DNA of 64,000 nt, taken from contig DATLFH010000019.1 in NCBI GenBank assembly GCA_035524965.1, forward strand, positions 5,753 to 69,752, in the 5' to 3' direction. The translations under genes and the position numbers were made by a program. The notes under the pieces were generated by a model. It searched no databases and was not told the origin of the DNA. It worked only from the letters and a program-made list of their open reading frames with translations. The DNA is from Gemmatimonadota bacterium. Its GTDB lineage: Bacteria; Gemmatimonadota; Gemmatimonadetes; JACCXV01; JAHWKZ01. Below, piece by piece: positions 57,021-64,000 of the stretch (position 1 is the stretch's first letter; each line of letters starts with the position of its first letter).

Positions 57021-57104
57021 CGAATTTACCGCGCAAGCCCCCCGCCGTCGCGGTTGCGGGCGAGTCCTCGAACCGGGATCGCCGGCCCCATTATAAGCCG
57101 CCGG

Positions 57105-58199
57105 CTAGCGGCTTTCAATCAGGACGAATACTTCCGCGCCGGATCGTTCCACGCTGAGATTGATCTCGTCGTCGCGCTCCCACGCCTCCGTCATCCGGCG
57201 TTGGGCGTCTACGACATCGGAGCCCACCGGTCGCCCCTCGATCGTCCGGAGGAGGTCCCCCTGGAGCACGCCGGCCCGGGCCGCCGGGGAGCCCGCGTCG
57301 ACATAGGCGACGAAGATCCTCGTGTCGTAGGTGGCTCCGAGGTCGAGGCCGTAATCGGTGCCGCTGGCGCGTTCGCGCGCTACCGGCGCGGGAGCCTCGG
57401 CGCCCGCCCGCTCCGCGTATTCCTCCCTGACGGCGAAGACCGCGCTCCCCGGCGGGTTTCGATCGAGCCAATCCGCCAGGGTGGCGATTCGCGACAGGCG
57501 GTGGTTCGGCTCGAGTGCCTCCACAACGAACGCGTGATTCGGGTTGTAGGCCCGCCACAGCGGATCGTCAAACGCTTCCGCGAGGCGCCGGCGGCCCCAG
57601 AGGTCCTCCAGCGCGCGGTAGGTCACCCAGTTGACGAGCGCCTCTGCGTCGAAATTCCCGGGCGCCATGAACGGATGATCGTAGGCCGGATCCCGGCGGT
57701 CCGGGGCGACGAAGGGCGGGGCGTCGAGCAGGTAGTGGGTGAGCTGATGGGCGACGATCAGGAGCCGTAGATCCAGGTCATCGGGGATGGGGACCTCGCC
57801 GCCGGTGCCGCGCACCGACCCGAGCGCGAGAACGAGCGGGTACTCGATCGACACGGTCGGCCAGTCGCGAACGAGATACACCTCGATGTCGCGGTAGGGC
57901 CAGTCGAGGCCGGTGAAGTCCGCCACCCGCTGGAGGAAGAGCGACCCCTGACGGTCCCACCAGTCGACCAGCGGCTCGGCCTCCTCGCGCACCCAAGCGA
58001 TGTCCTCTTCTACAGATTCGCCGCCGGCCCGGCCACCACCGGGGTACGCGATCTCCAGGAGCTCTTCTCCGCCGGCGCGAAAATGGACGACCGGGACGGC
58101 CGCGTCGGACTGGGCGCGGAGGGCCGCGGGAAACGCGAGGTGCCCGAGACCCGCGACCGCCGCAACGACCGCCGCCAAAAGGACCTTTAGAGCGCGCAT
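57105..58199 (-). CDS. secreted protein with C-terminal PDZ domain
   Basis: Signal peptide, and a PDZ-like region FVAYVDAGSPAARAGVLQGDLLRTIEGRPV. Confidence 0.6.
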   Translation of the reverse strand: MRALKVLLAAVVAAVAGLGHLAFPAALRAQSDAAVPVVHFRAGGEELLEIAYPGGGRAGGESVEEDIAWVREEAEPLVDWWDRQGSLFLQRVADFTGLDWPYRDIEVYLVRDWPTVSIEYPLVLALGSVRGTGGEVPIPDDLDLRLLIVAHQLTHYLLDAPPFVAPDRRDPAYDHPFMAPGNFDAEALVNWVTYRALEDLWGRRRLAEAFDDPLWRAYNPNHAFVVEALEPNHRLSRIATLADWLDRNPPGSAVFAVREEYAERAGAEAPAPVARERASGTDYGLDLGATYDTRIFVAYVDAGSPAARAGVLQGDLLRTIEGRPVGSDVVDAQRRMTEAWERDDEINLSVERSGAEVFVLIESR

Positions 58200-58288
58200 A
58201 GGACCGCCTCCCCTATATTAGTCTATATTAGCCGCATGATTCCGTTTATAACCCGCCTGCTCGTACCACTCCGCGCCGCGATCGTTCC

Positions 58289-59332
58289 GTGCCGATTGTA
58301 GCCGAGAAGGACGTTATCCGGACGATCCGCCGGGTCAAGGACCCGGACAACAACAAGGACCTGATCTCGCTTGGGCGGGTCAAGGAGCTGAAGGTCCAGA
58401 ATGGCGAAGTCGCCTTCAAGGTCCTGGTCGACCCTGCCCGGCCGCTCTCCGAGTCTGTGCTGCGGGAGCTCAAGTCCCTGATCGGGGAAATGGAGGGGGT
58501 CGCGAACGTGGCGATCCGCCTCCAGGAACAGGCCGGGGTCGCGGGCGGGCCGATCAAGCGGCCCTCGCCGCAGCAGCCGATCCCCGGGGTTCAGCACATC
58601 CTGGCGGTGGCCAGCGGCAAGGGTGGTGTCGGCAAGTCCACGGTGGCGGTCAACCTCGCGCTCGCCATCGCCGCCGAGGGGCACCGTGTCGGCCTCCTCG
58701 ACGCCGACATCTACGGACCCTCGATCCCGACGATGATGGGGCTGAAGGGAGCCCAGCCGGCCGCAGTCGACAAGCGGATCCAGCCGATTCCGCGATACGG
58801 GATTGCGCTCATGTCGCTCGGGTTCCTCGTCCAGGAGGACACGCCGATGGTATGGCGCGGTCCCATGGTTCACTCGGCGGTCACGCAGTTCCTGCGCGAA
58901 GTGGATTGGGGCGAGCTCGACTATCTCGTCGTCGACCTGCCGCCCGGAACCGGTGACGCGCACCTGACGCTCACGCAATCGGTGCCGCTCGACGGCGCGG
59001 TGATCGTCACGACCCCCCAGGAGATCGCGCTCATCGACGCGAAGAAGGGGCTCAAGATGTTCGACAAGGTCGGCGCGCGCGTACTGGGGATCGTCGAGAA
59101 CATGGGGAGCTTCGTGTGTCCCGATTGCGGGGCCGAGCACGCCATTTTCGGGGCCGGCGGCGGGCGGGCCACGGCGGAGCGTTTCAACGTTCCTTTCCTG
59201 GGTACGATCCCGCTCAGCGTCGACGTCACGCCCACCGGCGATCGCGGTGAGCCGATCGTTCACGCGTTTCCGGATTCGCCGATCGCAGAGCGCTTTCGCC
59301 AGATCGCGCGCCGCGTGCTGGCCGTGAGCTGA
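58289..59332 (+). CDS. Mrp/NBP35 (ApbC) Fe-S cluster carrier ATPase with N-terminal DUF59
   Basis: P-loop SGKGGVGKST and CPDC motif. Confidence 0.85.
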   Translation: MPIVAEKDVIRTIRRVKDPDNNKDLISLGRVKELKVQNGEVAFKVLVDPARPLSESVLRELKSLIGEMEGVANVAIRLQEQAGVAGGPIKRPSPQQPIPGVQHILAVASGKGGVGKSTVAVNLALAIAAEGHRVGLLDADIYGPSIPTMMGLKGAQPAAVDKRIQPIPRYGIALMSLGFLVQEDTPMVWRGPMVHSAVTQFLREVDWGELDYLVVDLPPGTGDAHLTLTQSVPLDGAVIVTTPQEIALIDAKKGLKMFDKVGARVLGIVENMGSFVCPDCGAEHAIFGAGGGRATAERFNVPFLGTIPLSVDVTPTGDRGEPIVHAFPDSPIAERFRQIARRVLAVS

Positions 59333-59348
59333 CTCCAGAGCGCCGCTG

Positions 59349-60449
59349 ATGACCGCCGACGAGGAGCCGGGCCGGGTGCAGGCCGCCGGGACCGAGCGGC
59401 AGGCCACGCCCGCCGAGGCCGGCGTCGAAGCACAACGGCTACTCGAGCGATTGCTGGCGGCGGTCGATCCTAACCTTCCGGTCGCCATCTACACGCACGA
59501 CCATCCCGATCCCGACTCGATCGCGAGCGCCTCCGCGATCGAGTACCTGTTGTCGCGAAAACTCGGCATCGAGCCGATCATCGCCTACGGCGGTATGATC
59601 GGCCGAGCCACGAACCGGGCGATGGTGGATCAACTCGGAGTACGACTTCATCCTCTGAGCCAGATTCGACACTCGGAGTACGGAACGCACATCCTGATCG
59701 ACACACAGCCCGAGACGGGCAATCATTCCCTGCCCGACGACCTGCCAATCGCGATCGCGATCGACCATCACCCTCTGCGGCCGGAGACGGCGAACGTGAC
59801 GTTCGCCGACGTCCGGACCGAGTACGGCGCCACCTCGACGATCCTGTACTACTACTTGAAGGCGGCCGGTCTGGACCTGCCGACCAAGCTCGCCACCGCG
59901 CTCTTGATCGGGATCAAATCGGACACGCGGGGACTGGAGCGCGAGACGAGCGAGGCCGACCTCCACGCGTACCTGGAGATCTTCCCTCGCGCGGACCTGA
60001 CGCTTCTCGCGCGGATCGAGAGTCCCCGGATCCCGCGCCGCTATTTCGAAGCCTTCCACCGGGCGCTCGAGGTGAGCGTGCTCCACGACGGGGCGATCAT
60101 CGCCGACGTGGGGAAGGTGGAGAACCCGGATCTGGTCGCCGAGATGGCGGACTTCTTCATCCCTCTGGAGCGCGCCGAGTACGCGCTCGTCATGGGCCGC
60201 CACAAGGGCCGGCTCTATCTGAGCCTGAGGACGCGCGACGAGGCTCACGACGCGGGCGCGATGATCTCACGAATCGTGGGCGAGCTCGGCACGGCCGGCG
60301 GTCATGGCAGGATGGCCGGCGGCCAGATCGAGCTGCGCGACGACCCGCACGAGGACGCTCAGGAGGTGCGCCGGCGATTTCTGAGCGCCCTCGGCCTCGA
60401 CCCCGAGGACAAAGGCGACGCCTTGATCCGCTCCGAACGAGCGGACTGA
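59349..60449 (+). CDS. DHH family phosphoesterase (NrnA-like)
   Basis: DHH motifs (HDHPDPDS, DHH) and a DHHA1-like C-terminus (GGGH). Confidence 0.75.
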   Translation: MTADEEPGRVQAAGTERQATPAEAGVEAQRLLERLLAAVDPNLPVAIYTHDHPDPDSIASASAIEYLLSRKLGIEPIIAYGGMIGRATNRAMVDQLGVRLHPLSQIRHSEYGTHILIDTQPETGNHSLPDDLPIAIAIDHHPLRPETANVTFADVRTEYGATSTILYYYLKAAGLDLPTKLATALLIGIKSDTRGLERETSEADLHAYLEIFPRADLTLLARIESPRIPRRYFEAFHRALEVSVLHDGAIIADVGKVENPDLVAEMADFFIPLERAEYALVMGRHKGRLYLSLRTRDEAHDAGAMISRIVGELGTAGGHGRMAGGQIELRDDPHEDAQEVRRRFLSALGLDPEDKGDALIRSERAD

Positions 60450-60467
60450 GGCCTATCGCCAACCTGC

Positions 60468-60941
60468 CTAGAAATAGTTCTCGGTGGGGAACACCTGATA
60501 CCGGCCGTTGCTCCACGCGTAGATCGCGCTCGAGCGCCCCGGGAAGACGAGCTCCAACGAGGGATGGGGCAGATCGATCGAACCCTTGGGGCCCAGCACC
60601 CTCTGCCAGCCGGGTAATACGAGCCGGAGCTCGACCACACCCGAGGGGAGGCCGGTGTAGAGCGGGTGCGGCTGAAACCCGCCGTTGGTTGCGTTGAAGA
60701 TCACGAGCGAGGAGCCGCCCGCCCCCGACAGGATCGCCGCCACATCGGGGCGGCCGTCGCCGTTGAAGTCGGCCCAGTGGACGAGATCGCCCCCGTCGGG
60801 CAGGCTCAGACCGGGGTCGAACCCGGCGACGGCCGCCACCAGGCCCGCGTCCTGGGCGGATGACCGCGAAACCATGCATGTTACCAGGATCACGGCCATC
60901 AGGGCTGTTCGGATGGGGACAGCCACGTGCATAAGTTGCAT
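60468..60941 (-). CDS. hypothetical secreted protein (FG-GAP-like)
   Basis: Signal peptide. DFNGDGRPD motif. Confidence 0.5.
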   Translation of the reverse strand: MQLMHVAVPIRTALMAVILVTCMVSRSSAQDAGLVAAVAGFDPGLSLPDGGDLVHWADFNGDGRPDVAAILSGAGGSSLVIFNATNGGFQPHPLYTGLPSGVVELRLVLPGWQRVLGPKGSIDLPHPSLELVFPGRSSAIYAWSNGRYQVFPTENYF

Positions 60942-61052
60942 CTCTCCTCGTGCCTTCACAACCGATACTACCCCTCGCGCCGCACCCGGTTCGGTCGCCG
61001 GCTCTCCACGGCGCGGTTGGCCCGCGCCTTGCACTAGGCGTATCTTCACAGC

Positions 61053-61409
61053 ATGCTTGGGTTTATCAAGAACCGCTTCGGAAACGACCGTGAGTACCAG
61101 GTTCTCCTGGAAGTGGAGGAGGACGGCACGTTCGCCGCGACCTCGCCGGCCCTGCCCGGTTTCGTGGCGTATGGTGCGTCCGAGGCGAGCGCGGTCCGAA
61201 AGCTACGCCGGGCGATCCGCCGCAACCTGGAGGGGTTTGCCAAGGACTACGTGCGGGTCTCCAGCGCGGATTCCCCGACCAGCCGGCACAAGTCGGCGCT
61301 CCATTTCCGGCTTCCGCTGACCACGACCGCCAAGGTCGTGCTCACCTCCGTGGCCGCCGTGAGCCTGCTCGCTCTCCTCGCCCTCGAGCTCCGCCGCCGT
61401 CGCGACTAG
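61053..61409 (+). CDS. HicB-like (UPF0150) antitoxin-domain protein with hydrophobic C-terminal extension
   Basis: The N-terminus YQVLLEVEEDGTFAATSPALPGFVAYGASEASAVRKLRRAI fits the HicB N-domain. No hicA gene is adjacent. Confidence 0.5.
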   Translation: MLGFIKNRFGNDREYQVLLEVEEDGTFAATSPALPGFVAYGASEASAVRKLRRAIRRNLEGFAKDYVRVSSADSPTSRHKSALHFRLPLTTTAKVVLTSVAAVSLLALLALELRRRRD

Positions 61410-61450
61410 CGGAAAGGCTCCCCGCGCCGTCTTCCTCGAACTTATACTCC

Positions 61451-63019
61451 CTACCGTCCCGTAGAACTCTCCAGCCGCGGCGCATCCCACATCGTATATC
61501 CCGCCAGCCGTTCGGCCACCGCGTCCTCGATCGCGATCGCGCCGCCCTTTCCACGCGGCAGGCTGTTGCTGATCACCGAGAACGCGAGCAGCTCGCCGTC
61601 CAGGGTCGTCACGTATCCCGAGAGCGACGAGACGCCGCGAAGAGTTCCGGTCTTGGTGCGCACGTTTCCGCGGGCGGCCGGCGCGTTCAGCCGGCGCGGG
61701 TCACCATCCTCGCCCGCGATCAGCAGAGACTCGTAATACTCCCCGAACCATGGATGATCCGCCATCGCGACGAGCAGCTCGGCCGTCCCCCGCGCGGTCA
61801 CAGAGTCGTAGCGGCTGAGCCCGGAACCATCCTCGATCCGGACGCCCCACACTGACACTCCCATCCTGGACAGGAAATCGCGAACCACCTCCGCACCCTC
61901 GTCGAACGAGCCCTCATCTTCGAAGATCGCCCCCAACGTCTTGAGGACCTGCTCGGCGAAGAAGTTCTGGCTGTTCTTGTTGATCACCCGGACGATCTCG
62001 ATCATGCGGGGGCTGCTCTGGCTGGCGACGAGCCGCGCAGATCGGCGCGACCGCTGTTCCCAGTCGTGGCGGACTTTGAGACCGCCTTGCACGGTGATTC
62101 CGGCGCGCGCGAGGCGATCGCGAAAGACTGACAGCGCGAAGAGCGGTGGGTCTTCCACCGCCACGACGTACCTGAGCGGTCCGCTGCGGATCGGGATCCG
62201 GCCTCGGATCTCGTAGCCTCCCAGATCGGGCCGGCGGCGGATGCCGATGGAGCGACCCCCGCGCCGGTTCCCGGTCACTGCGCTGTTGACCATGACCAGC
62301 CGGTCCGAGTGAGGGTCGAAGGAGATCCTCGGCGGCGCACCGACCCAGTCTCCGGGGCGAACCTCGATCGTGACCGTGTTGTCGTTGAACGACAGGGCGC
62401 TCGTGCGGGCGCCGTACCACCACAGGAGGTTCGTGCTTTCCCATCCTGGCGCCACGCGCGCGTCATCGAAATACGACGCGTCGCCGACGATCCCTCCCGC
62501 GATCCGACGCACGCCCAGCGACCGGAGTTCAGCCGCGAAGCGGTCGAACACGTAGGTCGTGCTGTCCGCGTAGAAGCGGCCGGACAGCGTGGGGTCCCCT
62601 CGCCCTTCCAGAATCACGTCCCCTTGAAGCGTGCCGTCCGGCCGGATCGGACCCTCCGCGTAGAGCGACGTCGTGTACTGGAAGTCCGGCCCCAGCCGGT
62701 CGAGCGCCGCCGCGGTCGTATAGAGCTTCATGTTGGAGGCGGGGACGAGCGGAATGTCGGCGTCGTGCAGGTAGAGAGGAAGCTCACGCTCGACGGCGTA
62801 TACGGCGACGCCGATCGACCCCCCCCGCCCGAGGACGATCGGATCGATGAGCCGCGCAATCGCGGCCGGGCTGGCGCCGGAGACTCCCGCTGCGCGATTC
62901 CCGCGTCCGGCCGCCGAACCCCCCTGTCCGGGCAGCGCAGTACTCTGCGCCGCGAGCGGCGCGGCGGTGACCGCGCACAGGGCGACGAGAAAGATCGAAT
63001 CGCTTCGTTTCACTCGCAT
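61451..63019 (-). CDS. dacB: D-alanyl-D-alanine carboxypeptidase/endopeptidase (PBP4, peptidase S13)
   Basis: Signal peptide, then SxxK (PASNMK), SxN and KTG (KTGTL). Confidence 0.85.
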   Translation of the reverse strand: MRVKRSDSIFLVALCAVTAAPLAAQSTALPGQGGSAAGRGNRAAGVSGASPAAIARLIDPIVLGRGGSIGVAVYAVERELPLYLHDADIPLVPASNMKLYTTAAALDRLGPDFQYTTSLYAEGPIRPDGTLQGDVILEGRGDPTLSGRFYADSTTYVFDRFAAELRSLGVRRIAGGIVGDASYFDDARVAPGWESTNLLWWYGARTSALSFNDNTVTIEVRPGDWVGAPPRISFDPHSDRLVMVNSAVTGNRRGGRSIGIRRRPDLGGYEIRGRIPIRSGPLRYVVAVEDPPLFALSVFRDRLARAGITVQGGLKVRHDWEQRSRRSARLVASQSSPRMIEIVRVINKNSQNFFAEQVLKTLGAIFEDEGSFDEGAEVVRDFLSRMGVSVWGVRIEDGSGLSRYDSVTARGTAELLVAMADHPWFGEYYESLLIAGEDGDPRRLNAPAARGNVRTKTGTLRGVSSLSGYVTTLDGELLAFSVISNSLPRGKGGAIAIEDAVAERLAGYTMWDAPRLESSTGR

Positions 63020-63022
63020 CTC

Positions 63023-64000
63023 CTATCCTTCTCGCAACTCGAGCCGGCGGCAGCCGGTCCGCATCGCCGCATAGATCGCGATCGTAGATAACCCGGCCAC
63101 GGCGCTCATGCCTCCGACGAGGCCTACCCACTCACGCGCGCCCATCCCCCATCCGAGCCACGCGGCGCGGAAGGAGTGGTAGACCGGCCAGGCGAGCACG
63201 GTCACGGAGGTCAGCACCAGCAGCGCGCTCAGTACCATGAACAGGAAACCGGCGTAGCTGGTTGCGACCTGCGCGCTGTCGGCCGCGTCGAACCGCGGGT
63301 ACGCCGCCCCCAGACCGACCGCCAACCCGACGATCGCCGCGGACAGGAACAGGATTGCGGTGACCGACAGCACGCCCAAGAACATCGTGGTATCGAGCAG
63401 AGTATTCGACAGCACGACCAAAAGTTCCGCCACGACGACCAGCGGCAGGAACCCTCCCCAGAACTTGGCCCACAGCAGCTCGGGGACGGTGAGCGGGCTC
63501 GACCGCAGCACCCACAGTGTGTTGCCCTCCATACTGACCCCCGGCAGGATGAAGCGTGCCGCCAGCGCGGTCGCGACGAGCCCGACCAGCGCCACGTTCA
63601 GAAACGCGAGAAGGTTACGGAGGAAATAACCGGTGCCCCCCGCCGGATCGAGCGGCAACACCCTGAAGTTGTAGAGGTATACCGCGATGACGGCCATGAG
63701 CAGGAAGAGCTGCGACCACTGCGATGGCTCGCGGAAGAACGTCGAGATGTCTTTGATGATGAGGGCTCGCATGCGGCTCGGGAAGGGTCGCGAGAGGACC
63801 CGCACCGCTCCCTGCCACCAGGACTGCCGCGTCCATTTCGCCCGCGCCGCCTCCTGCGACTTCGAGAACCCGGTGCGGAACATCTCTCGAAACACGCCCG
63901 CGGCGGCGAGCAGCGAGACGACCGCCCCGGCGGCGAGCAGCCCCCCGTAGAGGATCACCGCGTCCCAGTGGATCGTGTGGTACAGCCCGAGGATCTCGCC
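63023..64000 (-). CDS. polytopic membrane protein (putative ABC-exporter-like), N-terminus beyond window
   Basis: The frame is open to the window end and contains multiple TM segments. Confidence 0.55.
   Translation of the reverse strand, partial: GEILGLYHTIHWDAVILYGGLLAAGAVVSLLAAAGVFREMFRTGFSKSQEAARAKWTRQSWWQGAVRVLSRPFPSRMRALIIKDISTFFREPSQWSQLFLLMAVIAVYLYNFRVLPLDPAGGTGYFLRNLLAFLNVALVGLVATALAARFILPGVSMEGNTLWVLRSSPLTVPELLWAKFWGGFLPLVVVAELLVVLSNTLLDTTMFLGVLSVTAILFLSAAIVGLAVGLGAAYPRFDAADSAQVATSYAGFLFMVLSALLVLTSVTVLAWPVYHSFRAAWLGWGMGAREWVGLVGGMSAVAGLSTIAIYAAMRTGCRRLELREG

Noticed and set aside
57021-57104. A possible tRNA-like element (GGTTCGAGG resembles a T-loop) in the CPBP-PDZ intergenic region
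   Set aside because: I could not fold a cloverleaf with acceptor, D and anticodon arms; it is only a partial motif.

Overview
This is a high-GC (roughly 70%) chromosomal segment that is densely coding on both strands. The LPS/Kdo genes (waaA, msbA-like exporter, GT9 heptosyltransferase, GT4, Kdo-kinase-like) indicate a Gram-negative host, and the composition suggests something Gemmatimonadota-like. I support about 70 CDSs, mostly housekeeping and envelope functions. These include an Fe-S oxidoreductase, amidohydrolase, DedA, a peptide-ABC substrate-binding protein and two permeases with no ATPase, an M1 aminopeptidase, Fur, SufE/NifU/Mrp Fe-S helpers, rhodanese, a PQQ dehydrogenase, dacB and a CPBP protease. 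The ECF-sigma / zinc-finger anti-sigma / downstream-effector architecture occurs three times. I see no rRNA, tRNA, CRISPR array, transposase or integrase. Many long Arg/Pro/Gly-rich ORFs in the track are alternative-frame artefacts of the GC content and are not reported. The standout is a sharply bounded ~1.86 kb low-GC block at 29813-31669 (roughly 50% GC by hand counts versus ~70% around it). It sits between a native PorX-like REC-PglZ regulator and a tandem pair of MBL-like genes. It carries its own near-consensus sigma70 promoter (TTGACA-17-TATACT), a GGAGG RBS and three genes: a small protein with a DUF4357-like C-terminus, a DUF4325/STAS-like protein, and a GHKL ATPase. The last two are convergent with overlapping stops. 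I read this as a horizontally acquired, uncharacterised partner-switching-type cassette and a candidate defence or stress module. Secondary items are two orphan antitoxin-like genes (a Phd/VapB-like remnant and a HicB-like gene with no toxin partners), a Tat-signal collagen-like protein, an amidohydrolase ORF with no plausible stop, and a second milder GC dip.
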